IMG/VR virus record: IMGVR_UViG_3300009129_001089
Strand: one strand, 5' to 3'
Source: a virus
DNA length: 64,000 nt
Position 1 is the stretch's first letter. The number at the start of each line of letters is the position of its first letter. Shown here one piece after another: positions 29,838 to 39,080 of the stretch. Position numbers and translations under genes: made by a program. Below the pieces are notes generated by a model. That model was given only the letters and a program-made list of their open reading frames with translations, searched no databases and had not been told where the DNA came from.

Positions 29838-30499
29838 GGTATTATCCTTGCATTAACTGCTATAATATATCTATCAGATTTACCATAATATGGAATTGCC
29901 GCATGATCCAAGAAGCCAGGAAATACTATTATTTGTCCGTCTTTTGGAATAAAATCTATTAAATCATTTTGAATCCAATTTAATCCTATATCACCAACAG
30001 GAACAATGGTATTAAATGGTTTATAAAATCTCATACTACCATTTTTATAATCACATTCCGAAACATCTAAAAAATAGATAGCAGAAAAAGACGAATGTGC
30101 ATGATTATGTAAATCGTGATAACCTCCAGTTTTTGTTATATGATACCAACTTTCAGTAACTTCACATTTTTCATCTTGATAGTTAGTATTTTTGGTTAAT
30201 GTTTTAGTGCCAGTTCGAGAACATAAAACTCTATATAACTCAACTATTATTGTTTCGAAATGTTTTTTTAAATTATTTAATACATCATTATTTGCTTCTT
30301 CAAAAAACTTTAAATTAGGAGCAGATTCTGCTAGGTTATATTTTATATGAGGAGATACAAAATCCTTATCTTTTATTTTATTTTGTTTGTCATACTCTTT
30401 AATAAAAGTTACTAGTTGATCTTTATGTTGTTCGTGATCAGGATACACCGTATCTGCTAAAAAACAATCAGAAAAAATATTACCTATATTACTCATCAA
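29831..30499 (-). CDS. 2OG-Fe(II) oxygenase (TIGR02466-like)
   Basis: SW...HNH...SAIYF...FPGFLDH...R..IAVN. Confidence 0.85.
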   Translation of the reverse strand: MMSNIGNIFSDCFLADTVYPDHEQHKDQLVTFIKEYDKQNKIKDKDFVSPHIKYNLAESAPNLKFFEEANNDVLNNLKKHFETIIVELYRVLCSRTGTKTLTKNTNYQDEKCEVTESWYHITKTGGYHDLHNHAHSSFSAIYFLDVSECDYKNGSMRFYKPFNTIVPVGDIGLNWIQNDLIDFIPKDGQIIVFPGFLDHAAIPYYGKSDRYIIAVNARIIPC

Positions 30500-31190
30500 A
30501 TTCCCTATACATTATATGCGAATCTTTTCTAAGATTAACTGCTTGATCATAATATTCTTTACTTGCTTGCATAGAAGGATCGCCTAGTCGAAGTTCTACT
30601 GTTTTTTCTTTTCGTTCTACAGGTATAATACACATTAACGGATCTCCTGCTTTTAATGTTATATAACTAAACTCAGTAAGAGGTTTTGTTCGTTTTAGAA
30701 ACAAAGGAAATATTAAATCATGATGATAATTTGTGTTTAATGCACCAGGTATAACTTCATAATCTTTGTCATATTGGAACCACATTGGAGTTTGTATAAC
30801 AGCATATTTTTTTTGAGTTTTACATTGCCAAGGACAATGTAATTTTAATATGCTATGAAAAAAGTTATCTGGCAGATGGGGTCGAACAGTCGCAACTTCT
30901 GGATAATGCCATGAACAAAATTCTTTAGTAACATTTGAATTAAGGGTAACTTCTTGGTCTTCCCAGCGTTCTGCCGGACCAAGTGCAATTTGTAAATCAA
31001 ACCACATTGGTACAACATAGCCATGTTTATATAAATCTTGAAACCCCGGACATCTAGCAGGCGGCGGATGTTTAATGTACTCGTGTTTGTAGTTTACCGC
31101 CGACTGTATAGGATATCTATCATAAATGTATTTCCATTTAGGATCTATATTAAAAATAACATCTTTTTCTTTTTTTAAAAAATTAAACAT
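30489..31190 (-). CDS. DUF6065-like protein
   Basis: RCPGFQD..GYVVP.W.D, KLHCPW, GDPLMCIIP; paralog of 33025..33825. Confidence 0.55.
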   Translation of the reverse strand: MFNFLKKEKDVIFNIDPKWKYIYDRYPIQSAVNYKHEYIKHPPPARCPGFQDLYKHGYVVPMWFDLQIALGPAERWEDQEVTLNSNVTKEFCSWHYPEVATVRPHLPDNFFHSILKLHCPWQCKTQKKYAVIQTPMWFQYDKDYEVIPGALNTNYHHDLIFPLFLKRTKPLTEFSYITLKAGDPLMCIIPVERKEKTVELRLGDPSMQASKEYYDQAVNLRKDSHIMYREFDE

Positions 31191-31977
31191 TAGGTCCAAT
31201 TCCTTGTTTTACATTCATACATTTAAATAATAATGTTGTACGTAATCCTGGAAAGAACTTATTTGGTTGCATACCTGTCCTAGGTATCATAGAACTAAAA
31301 AATAAAAATCGTCCTGGTTTTGGATACACAGATTTAATAATTTCTGGCTCACTATCTTTTAATGTATCTACACCTTTATAAAATACTGTTGCTCCGTCCC
31401 ATTCTGGTTTCCACATAGGATTAACATAGTATAATACATTCCAAATATGTCCATCTTTATCGTCTGCATGGGGCAAGCCAAATCTACTTTCTGTGATACC
31501 ATGAGCAGAACAATCCAAAATATCTAATTCCATGTCGACAAATTCTTCTGCTAGTTTAACCCGAATTGCTTTCCATAAATCATGTACTCTAAAATTATTT
31601 TGTTGCCACGAATACAATAGATCGCCATTAAAAGACATTTCCCAATGTTGATCTAAAAATTTTACTCCATATTCTTTAGAATCATATTTTTTATCAGATA
31701 AATTATACGACCATTCCTCATATCTATGATTTCCGATATGACCATATTGCCAACCAGGTGCAGTAATTATTTTTGTTAATTCTTCTTGTATTTCTTTATC
31801 GATCAAATCATCATATTGATATATATGTTCATACCACATTTTACCGGATTGATCTTGTTCGCCTATATAACGATCTTTTCCATCTACCTTCCATTTTTTT
31901 GGCATAGTTGTGTATTCTTTTTCTTCAATCGTGTATTCTGGCAATGTTTCTTTTAACTGTTTCTTTTTATCTTCCAT
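31183..31977 (-). CDS. 2OG-Fe(II) oxygenase-like protein (distal His replaced by Arg)
   Basis: HAD, LYYVNP.W..EWDGAT, PKPGR, IPRTG, R. Confidence 0.75.
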   Translation of the reverse strand: MEDKKKQLKETLPEYTIEEKEYTTMPKKWKVDGKDRYIGEQDQSGKMWYEHIYQYDDLIDKEIQEELTKIITAPGWQYGHIGNHRYEEWSYNLSDKKYDSKEYGVKFLDQHWEMSFNGDLLYSWQQNNFRVHDLWKAIRVKLAEEFVDMELDILDCSAHGITESRFGLPHADDKDGHIWNVLYYVNPMWKPEWDGATVFYKGVDTLKDSEPEIIKSVYPKPGRFLFFSSMIPRTGMQPNKFFPGLRTTLLFKCMNVKQGIGPNV

Positions 31978-31988
31978 TTTATTTCCTT

Positions 31989-33032
31989 TTAAAGAACTTT
32001 ATCTAATTGTGGTTTAAAATTTTCAAACGTCATGTGTTCTTCAACACATTTATAATCATCGTATAAACATTGCATCATTATATTAACTGTTCTAGCATGA
32101 ATAGTATTTTCTATACAAAATCTACATTTTAATGTTTCATCAGGCATTACAGGATATGCTTCCCATCCTAATTCATTATGTCTATATGGCATTCGCATTT
32201 CTGGTGTCCATCCGTTAATACCAATAATCATTGGAGTGTCGGTCATTCCGCAAAATTGCATTAATCCACCTTCGGGCCCAATATAACAATGTGATTTGTC
32301 TAATATTGCAATTGCTTCATCTAATGTTGTTTTATGTATCAAGTCGATACATCCTGTTAAATCTAATTCCTCATGAAATCGTGGTCCTATTGACATTTTT
32401 TTGTCGCCTATTTGCAAATTAAAAAAATATTTTCCTCCTAATATTACTACTTCATACCCTTTATTTTTACAATATGTTATTATGTCATTTATTGTATGAG
32501 CTGGTAATTGGCAAATAGTTTTAGTAGTACCTGGTCCTATTGTAACAAATTTTTTAGGTAAATTAAATCTAGATAAATCTATTTGTTCTACAGGAAATTT
32601 AGGATAATTTCGTTCTTCCATAGGTACATTTATTCTACCATCTATTAAATGAAAGTAATGATCAACTGGATGACATTGATGCGGAGCATGAATAGTCATT
32701 GAAGTATTGTAAGATATTACTTGTTGGGCCATCGAACCTATAAAAATAGGATCTGTTTCTAATTTTTCTGCATTTGAATCATAAAAAGGATAAAGATTAT
32801 TTTCATCTATAAAATATTTTAATATCGGAAGATGATGCTCGTGGCATTTTAAAAATAAATCTTGGTATCTATTTTTAATACTTAATATTACTGGTAAAGT
32901 AGTTACCGACATACCTATACCTATTTGTTCCATTTGAAGTACAATAGGCGGTCTATGAAAATAAGATGGTGGATCTTCTCTTAACTTTTCCTCACTATAA
33001 TCACGGGTTCCTGTTGATAACTTTTTAGACAT
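31989..33032 (-). CDS. Glycosyltransferase family 9-like protein
   Basis: GIG, VVILG, IDLIHKTTL, YIGPEGGLMQ; C-terminal Cys cluster. Confidence 0.75.
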   Translation of the reverse strand: MSKKLSTGTRDYSEEKLREDPPSYFHRPPIVLQMEQIGIGMSVTTLPVILSIKNRYQDLFLKCHEHHLPILKYFIDENNLYPFYDSNAEKLETDPIFIGSMAQQVISYNTSMTIHAPHQCHPVDHYFHLIDGRINVPMEERNYPKFPVEQIDLSRFNLPKKFVTIGPGTTKTICQLPAHTINDIITYCKNKGYEVVILGGKYFFNLQIGDKKMSIGPRFHEELDLTGCIDLIHKTTLDEAIAILDKSHCYIGPEGGLMQFCGMTDTPMIIGINGWTPEMRMPYRHNELGWEAYPVMPDETLKCRFCIENTIHARTVNIMMQCLYDDYKCVEEHMTFENFKPQLDKVL

Positions 33033-33825
33033 TGTATTTTTTTGGAATTCTATTATTTTGTAATTTTTTTATAGGATCTTGTGCAAAATCTTCTATTTTA
33101 GTTCTATGTTTTATATTTAATATTTCTAATTCCTGTTCGCCTTCAATTTCTATTGGTACATTATTTTCAAATTCATAGTCTGTTCGTACAAAAGGAATTA
33201 TTTGCATCAAAGGTTGGCCTTGATTTAATTTAATTGTTACATTTGGTTTATTCAATTTAATAAAACAATTAACTTCTTTGTTTGGCAAATGATCAATGTC
33301 TGCATCAATGATGCCTGGTACAACTGTAAAATCACTATTAATATGATAAAATGGGGTTGTATAAAATAAACTAACACCTTTAGGTACATTAGCATACCAA
33401 GGCGTATTTAATTTTATTAAATTGGAACAGCCATCTTCTAAAAACGGTACGCCTTTAGCTTGTTGATAGTCGTGCATTTCCACAGGTTTACTTATAGTAT
33501 TATTAATTATATCTGGTAACATAGAATCCCATCCTCGATTACTTTCACTCCTGCCATCGTCATGAAATCTAAAACACATATCGGTCCACATAGGCAGAAT
33601 ATACCCCGCTCTCATATGATCAAAGATACCTGGACACCCTTTTGCTGTTGGTTGAGGAGGCGCTTCAGGTTCATGTTGATACATTTTATCTAAATGAGTA
33701 TGCCAACTAGGTTTAAAATCTACTGCTGGTCTAATAGGCCATGCATGAGCTAACAATTTATATATTTTTTGCTCATCTACAGTAGTACCTCTACTAGGAT
33801 AAAATTCTATTTTATGTGTTTCCAT
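33025..33825 (-). CDS. DUF6065-like protein
   Basis: KGCPGIFD..GYILP.W.D, KLNTPW, GQPLMQIIPF. Confidence 0.55.
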   Translation of the reverse strand: METHKIEFYPSRGTTVDEQKIYKLLAHAWPIRPAVDFKPSWHTHLDKMYQHEPEAPPQPTAKGCPGIFDHMRAGYILPMWTDMCFRFHDDGRSESNRGWDSMLPDIINNTISKPVEMHDYQQAKGVPFLEDGCSNLIKLNTPWYANVPKGVSLFYTTPFYHINSDFTVVPGIIDADIDHLPNKEVNCFIKLNKPNVTIKLNQGQPLMQIIPFVRTDYEFENNVPIEIEGEQELEILNIKHRTKIEDFAQDPIKKLQNNRIPKKYNV

Positions 33826-33835
33826 ATTTTCCTTG

Positions 33836-33910
33836 TGGTACCCCGACTAGGAATCGAACCTAGATCAATGGCTTAGAAGGCCATTGCTCTATCCATTGAG
33901 CTACCGGGGC
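33836..33910 (-). tRNA. tRNA-Arg(TCT)
   Basis: Canonical cloverleaf, CTTCTAA loop, CCA. Confidence 0.95.
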
Positions 33911-34455
33911 AATACGTATTCCATATCCGCCGCTACAATAAACCTATTATCGTAACTTTGTAATATGCCTGGCCTATGCCAATAATAACTATCGTAAACT
34001 ACCCACTTGCCTATACATGGTTCGACCCATGTTCGTTTCTTTTTACCTACACCATTTGGTGCAAATTCTGTTCCTGCCTTTTTAAAGTCATCTACATCTT
34101 CTGGTATATGTACATAATATATACCACTTAATAACTTATGCTCTCGTTTATGATCATGATTATGCCAAAGATTTTTTCTGTCTTCTGGATATTCTAACGA
34201 TGTCATGTAACTCCAAGATTGAACTTTACTTATTTGTGCTTCTTTTTCTAAATAGAAAAAACATGCACTATAAAAGCTCATTCTAAGTTTTAACCAATGT
34301 ATTCCTGGTAATGTAAAGACATCAAAATTTGTTTGGTAACGTGGACTATTGGTATAATATTTTCCTTCATTAATAGATGCTTTGACATCTTTGCATATGT
34401 TTTTGCGATCTTTTTCGGTGATTAAACTTGTATAATCAAATACTTTATATTTCAT
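33901..34455 (-). CDS. 2OG-Fe(II) oxygenase-like protein
   Basis: WHNH, SGIYY, GTEF, WHRP, R; stop codon inside tRNA-Arg. Confidence 0.8.
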   Translation of the reverse strand: MKYKVFDYTSLITEKDRKNICKDVKASINEGKYYTNSPRYQTNFDVFTLPGIHWLKLRMSFYSACFFYLEKEAQISKVQSWSYMTSLEYPEDRKNLWHNHDHKREHKLLSGIYYVHIPEDVDDFKKAGTEFAPNGVGKKKRTWVEPCIGKWVVYDSYYWHRPGILQSYDNRFIVAADMEYVLPR

Positions 34456-34754
34456 ATTAATATTTTAAATTGTGCCGCATCTTTATAATCCCTAAACCGT
34501 ACATTAAAATACCCTAAAAGATTACGAGAATATGACCATCGCTTTTCAGCAGGACCATATTCTTTAGTCATAAATTTTACAAAATTCTTAAAAAATCGTT
34601 TTTCGTTATCTGGCCATTGTTTTAAGAGAGTAAAAGAATGGGTAAATTTAACTTCACCCAAATTTTGATATATAATTACATCAAATTTTACGAAGGCATT
34701 TGAAAAAGTGCTTTTACCCATGGAGGACATTGTGTTCTCGCAAATACTACCCAA
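34452..34754 (-). CDS. Hypothetical protein (start uncertain)
   Basis: YGP..RW...FRDYKDA..FK pattern. Confidence 0.5.
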   Translation of the reverse strand: MGSICENTMSSMGKSTFSNAFVKFDVIIYQNLGEVKFTHSFTLLKQWPDNEKRFFKNFVKFMTKEYGPAEKRWSYSRNLLGYFNVRFRDYKDAAQFKILI

Positions 34755-35068
34755 CCAATTGCAGTAAAAGGTCTACGATTGCGTTGGTATTGTGATAAAA
34801 AATATTCCATAGATCCGCCTGTCGTTAACACATCATCGACTATACAAATCGGATCTCCTTCTTTGCCTGTTGCATGTTCATTAAGTAAATCACCTAATTT
34901 AACACCACCTCTAGGAATACCTACTGCCTCTCTAAACGGTGGTGTTATTTCCATTATCATTTTTTTAATGGTAAACCAGTCTTGCTCACTTAAGGCATCC
35001 ATTTCTATTTTCCAAGTTAAATTTAACCCGGAATGTGATTTAAAATTTACTGATTGAAATAAATCCAT
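34688..35068 (-). CDS. Minimal type I phosphoribosyltransferase (PyrE-like)
   Basis: F.SHSG, GIPRGG, IVDDVLTTGGS PRPP loop. Confidence 0.85.
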   Translation of the reverse strand: MDLFQSVNFKSHSGLNLTWKIEMDALSEQDWFTIKKMIMEITPPFREAVGIPRGGVKLGDLLNEHATGKEGDPICIVDDVLTTGGSMEYFLSQYQRNRRPFTAIGWVVFARTQCPPWVKALFQMPS

Positions 35069-35244
35069 TACATTGAATTTTTCTTTTCTTGAATCTCAGC
35101 TCGTCGATGCTTTGATAATTTACCAATTTCGCCCAATGCCTTGCGGGCTCTAGTGGCCGCGGCTTTTACACCTTTGTCTTCCCACTTTTCATGTTCTGCT
35201 ATATAAGCATTAAAATTTTCTACTATTTGTTCATGTATTGACAT
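35068..35244 (-). CDS. Histone H1-like (Hc1-like) small basic protein, 58 aa
   Basis: Manual translation ...KGVKAAATRARKALGEIGKLSKHRRAEIQEKKNSM; AGGAG SD. Confidence 0.8.
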   Translation of the reverse strand: MSIHEQIVENFNAYIAEHEKWEDKGVKAAATRARKALGEIGKLSKHRRAEIQEKKNSM

Positions 35245-35252
35245 ATTTTCTC

Positions 35253-35654
35253 CTAATTATCATAGTTTGTTTGGTCTGAATAACCTTTTTTATCTCTATC
35301 TACTTTATGAACACCAGGTAAGTAAAGTTCGTCTACTTCCATGGCTTCTCCTTTTATATCATCACGTTGACCTTGATCCCAGCCCATATCGCGAGCTGAT
35401 TTATCAAGAGTTGTATCTTCAAACGTTTTATTACCTTGTCCCCAAGGATTATGATAACTATCTTTTTCCCATCCTGGTCCTGCAAAATGAAACGATGTTT
35501 TATTTGCTGATAGTTTTTCTAGCTCTCCGTCACAACTATAGGGTATAGGACCATCTGCGACGGCTCTACATTCAGTTAGTGGTGGGTCAGAGAACTTTTG
35601 AATTTCTTCAAATTTATTGTTGCATTTTTTACAGCGATAAACGTATATTGGCAT
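35253..35654 (-). CDS. FmdB-family zinc ribbon protein
   Basis: MPIYVYRCKKC...FE..Q...C...C...F.F.G.GW. Confidence 0.85.
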   Translation of the reverse strand: MPIYVYRCKKCNNKFEEIQKFSDPPLTECRAVADGPIPYSCDGELEKLSANKTSFHFAGPGWEKDSYHNPWGQGNKTFEDTTLDKSARDMGWDQGQRDDIKGEAMEVDELYLPGVHKVDRDKKGYSDQTNYDN

Positions 35655-35655
35655 A

Positions 35656-36120
35656 TTATTTGTTAAGTTGCTTTATTTTAGGCATTGCCCTAGATCCAAA
35701 CCAAAAACTAATGATAGCGGCAAATAATGCTTCTGTTTGATCATCCCATACAACTTCAAGAGTTGCATTTAGATCGCTTCCATTTTTAATGGCTTGATAT
35801 ACTAAAGTAACTTTAACTCCGATAAATGTTAAAAAGAATACATAAGTTATAAACGGTCTTACAAATGCTCGTAATGCATTTATAAATCCCGGTTGACTTC
35901 CTAATGCGGCGTCATGTGCTAACAACATTTTTTGTTCTTCAAAGTCTTTCTTTGCATCGAACAATTTTATGTCTAAATCAACACCTTCTTTTTTTGCTTG
36001 TAATTGAAGTTTAAATTCTTCTGTTTTTTGTTTTTTTTCTTCTTTGTCTTTAAAATAGTCTATTACGCTAGGAACTGCTGATCCAGCAAAGCCTAATAAA
36101 CTTCCTAATACTGTAAGCAT
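35656..36120 (-). CDS. Holin-like membrane protein
   Basis: LGSLLGF, VRPFITY, IISFWFGSR; preceded by TATAAATA. Confidence 0.65.
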   Translation of the reverse strand: MLTVLGSLLGFAGSAVPSVIDYFKDKEEKKQKTEEFKLQLQAKKEGVDLDIKLFDAKKDFEEQKMLLAHDAALGSQPGFINALRAFVRPFITYVFFLTFIGVKVTLVYQAIKNGSDLNATLEVVWDDQTEALFAAIISFWFGSRAMPKIKQLNK

Positions 36121-36142
36121 GTTAACCTTTATAATTACTCTG

Positions 36143-36718
36143 TTAATTATTTATATTATTAAAAACTGTTTTTTTCATTAAAAGCCTGCATATGATGTTT
36201 ATTCGCATGGAAAAGTATATATGACTAGGTCCTTTTCCATAATGTAATATACTTCCGTCTATGACAATTGCTCTATTATATTTTGGAATAAAAACTTTAC
36301 CTGTATACTCATCATCTGTTAATAAAATGGTTTCTCCTCCCCATGACGGAGCCCATTTCTTTTCCATAAGTACAGGATATATAAAAGAATATTCTGTATA
36401 ATCATCTACGTTTTCTACTGTATTTCCTAATAATACACCCAATTCTGCTTTATTTGATTTATCAAGATGTGGTGTACTGTCCAATCCTTTTGTTTGGCCG
36501 TTAGCAAATATAGATGAAATATAAACATCATCCCATAAGGCATGAACTTTATCTTCAAATAAATTCCAGATAGGTGTATGTTTTAAAGTGGATTTCCAAA
36601 AAGGGGGGCAAATGTCATCGGGCTTATTTCCATAAACCCAATGAGAAGTTTTAAAATATTCTATAACATCTGTTGCTTGTGATTCAGATAATAAATCATC
36701 TAGTATTTTGTATTGCAA
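36143..36718 (-). CDS. 2OG-Fe(II) oxygenase
   Basis: NGQT, HLD, W..SWGGET, ILHYG, R. Confidence 0.85.
   Translation of the reverse strand: MQYKILDDLLSESQATDVIEYFKTSHWVYGNKPDDICPPFWKSTLKHTPIWNLFEDKVHALWDDVYISSIFANGQTKGLDSTPHLDKSNKAELGVLLGNTVENVDDYTEYSFIYPVLMEKKWAPSWGGETILLTDDEYTGKVFIPKYNRAIVIDGSILHYGKGPSHIYFSMRINIICRLLMKKTVFNNINN
36148..36155 (-). promoter_or_regulatory. T4-type late promoter motif
   Basis: TATAAATA ~28 nt upstream of the holin-like gene. Confidence 0.55.
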
Positions 36719-37152
36719 TAGTCTCTCTTGTATATATCTATATGTGGTGCCGTTGCCACTCTACCTGTTTTCTTATTATAAAAATGAAGTTGCATTAAAT
36801 ACACAGGAATTTCATAATGCGGAGGACAATCCCAATCTATCACATTATTTTTATCTTGAACATAATGGGCTAACTCATGTACAAGATCTGCTTGATATTC
36901 TACAATTGAATAATCGTTGAATTTCATATAAATCACACCTCCATAATAAAATCCTCGTATTTCTGTAGTTCCTTGGGCCAATGAACCATTACGTTTTTCA
37001 AATTCTTTTAGTAATTTTCTTTCCGACATCATTACTATTTTAGGTACTGGTAAATCAAAACCCATATTACAAAAATTTTGTGATTCATGGACCCCTGGTA
37101 CATTGCAGTTTGCCTGCATCCACATCATTATTCCAATTGCTAGTGATTTCAT
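36700..37152 (-). CDS. Putative zincin metallopeptidase
   Basis: GFY, HELAHYVQ, downstream E. Confidence 0.65.
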   Translation of the reverse strand: MKSLAIGIMMWMQANCNVPGVHESQNFCNMGFDLPVPKIVMMSERKLLKEFEKRNGSLAQGTTEIRGFYYGGVIYMKFNDYSIVEYQADLVHELAHYVQDKNNVIDWDCPPHYEIPVYLMQLHFYNKKTGRVATAPHIDIYKRDYCNTKY

Positions 37153-37184
37153 GTTATTTTCTCTATATTAATGTTACTGGAAAG

Positions 37185-37386
37185 GAATAGGGCGAATGAA
37201 GTTTTACCAACTTGTTCAACATGCAATAAACAAAATGCAACAAACATTGACCGGCCTGGGAGCAACTCATCAACAAACACATCAAAGTTTTTCTTATCCC
37301 AGGAGCAATCCTTCTGTCGTAAAGTTCATCCATTGTTGCCACCAATTTGGTGTAGTAGTCGATGCCACTCCGTTCGCCCAGCCGAC
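37185..37386 (-). ncRNA. Candidate structured ncRNA with 7-nt repeats
   Basis: GC-enriched intergenic segment; nested stems 37190-96/37373-79, ~37195-211/37316-30, 37255-61/37297-303; heptamer array 37212-37246. Confidence 0.6.
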
Positions 37387-37950
37387 TCAAAGTAGTCCCT
37401 CATCGCTGAGTAACTGCTCCTCATCAGCAGAAAGTTCTATGGTTCGCTTAACATTTACTTCAAGAATTACATCATTAAGATCTTGAAAATTCTTTTTAAG
37501 AGTTTTAACTGTTTGTTTAAACTCTTTGATGTCGTCTTTATCAAAGACATTAGTACTAAAAGAATCTCTACCGTACCTAGATTCTTCGCCTCGTTCTTTA
37601 AGTTTCTCTATTCGTTGCCTAACTTCAAATAAGTCCGGTCGAGGTTTTCGTTCACATAAATTAGTATAAAGATTAATACATGCTTTAATGCGTTCTTGTT
37701 CTGCAAGCATTTTATTAACATCCCATTTGGCGTTAACTATTCCGGTTTTTGCTCGCAATGAATACAATACACTTAATAGATTTTGTTTATAAACTATGTT
37801 GTCTGTAACTTCTTTAAGTTGAGTTTCAATGACCTGTTTAGGATCATTGTATTCATTTATTTCAATGTCTGTATCTATCTCAATAGCATGAACTCGTTGA
37901 AATAGTTCTTTTTGAATTGCTGATGATTTTCTAAGATTGATTTTTGTCAT
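37387..37950 (-). CDS. Coiled-coil protein, DIP1984/DUF6847-like pattern
   Basis: INLRKS..IQ, LR..G.VN, RYG, LKK...LND.I..VN...IEL; all-helical; family similarity from memory only. Confidence 0.55.
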   Translation of the reverse strand: MTKINLRKSSAIQKELFQRVHAIEIDTDIEINEYNDPKQVIETQLKEVTDNIVYKQNLLSVLYSLRAKTGIVNAKWDVNKMLAEQERIKACINLYTNLCERKPRPDLFEVRQRIEKLKERGEESRYGRDSFSTNVFDKDDIKEFKQTVKTLKKNFQDLNDVILEVNVKRTIELSADEEQLLSDEGLL

Positions 37951-38068
37951 TTTGTTTCTCCAGTATTAGCCTAATCTTTTCTTTAGTAGCCTGAATATCT
38001 TGTCTAACAATTATTCGTTCTGACATGATTTCCTGTCTAAAAAGTTCTTTTTCTAACTCTTTTAAACT

Positions 38069-38097
38069 ATTATACAGGAATTCTAGTTCATTGTCAA
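38069..38097 (-). promoter_or_regulatory. Consensus sigma70 early promoter
   Basis: TTGACA-17 bp-TATAAT. Confidence 0.8.
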
Positions 38098-38106
38098 CCA
38101 TTTTCT

Positions 38107-38283
38107 TCAATAATGTACTCGTCTTATAAAGGTTTCATTATAATGGCATCGAGGACACATTTGTCCTGCACCTTCAATGTAACCCAATCTGCTATCAATA
38201 TGATCGCTTGTTTTATACTTTGTTTCTTTACCACAACTAACACATAATTCTACTTCTTCTTCTTCCGTACTTGAACTATCCAT
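38107..38283 (-). CDS. Small zinc-finger protein (58 aa)
   Basis: Manual translation CVSC...YIEGAGQMCPRC. Confidence 0.65.
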   Translation of the reverse strand: MDSSSTEEEEVELCVSCGKETKYKTSDHIDSRLGYIEGAGQMCPRCHYNETFIRRVHY

Positions 38284-38391
38284 CCTTTGCCTCCGTCTGG
38301 TGGTATGTAAGATAATCGTGTTATGATTTCTAATTCTTCTTCTAATCCACTGCTTCTTAAATGTTTTATTACTGTAATTGATTCATATTCT

Positions 38392-38520
38392 TTATTTGCC
38401 TTGGCCACGATACCGTTTCCAGTTTTTCCTTTTGTGCTTGTTTAAAGGTCTTGACGACCGAGATCTACCTATGCTTGTTTTTTTAGGTGTTGTAGTTTTT
38501 TTCTTAACTTTTATTATCAT
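38392..38520 (-). CDS. Small very basic protein (42 aa)
   Basis: Manual translation ...PKKTSIG...NKHKRKNWKRYRGQGK. Confidence 0.7.
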   Translation of the reverse strand: MIIKVKKKTTTPKKTSIGRSRSSRPLNKHKRKNWKRYRGQGK

Positions 38521-38686
38521 TATATTTCTCTTGTTTTATAAACAGTCCCATCATCATAAAACCATATTTCTTTTATTATATGGCCTTTACCATAATAAGG
38601 TAATAATTTTTCTGCTATCTCTTTAGAATCGCATAACTCTACTCTTTTATTATTTGGCCAGTGAATTATTTCCCATTTTTGTTTCA

Positions 38687-38893
38687 TTACATATTGTGTC
38701 GCATTTTATATATTTGGGCTTCAGCATCTATAGGTGGATCGCCCCAATCTATATCTGTTGGATCTCCGCCCATATTTACTTTAGCCCCACCTGCTTCTAA
38801 TTTTCTTGCCCAATAATCCTCTAAACGGCAAGTTCGCAAATATTCTTCTATATCAACAGATGTTCGAGACATCTGAATTTCTTCGTTACTCAT
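38687..38893 (-). CDS. Hypothetical protein
   Basis: ORF on the coding strand. Confidence 0.55.
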   Translation of the reverse strand: MSNEEIQMSRTSVDIEEYLRTCRLEDYWARKLEAGGAKVNMGGDPTDIDWGDPPIDAEAQIYKMRHNM

Positions 38894-39080
38894 CTTTATA
38901 TAAAGCCTTCATCCATAACCAAAAGGATACTGTACCTTCGTCACCTTCATGTCTTGTCCTTTTCATTCTGTTCCTTTTAACATTTGTTTTCTAGTTGAAT
39001 GTCTAAATCTTTCTTTCATATTACCCATCCATCGGAAGGGTGTACATAGAGTACATCTTGGAATTCGTTTCCTCCAAGAT

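Noticed and set aside
37163-37486. ORFs 37163..37390, 37171..37395 and 37196..37486 as proteins
   Set aside because: Three frames are open over the same GC-enriched, self-complementary repeat segment with atypical composition; an RNA element explains it better, though coding is not excluded
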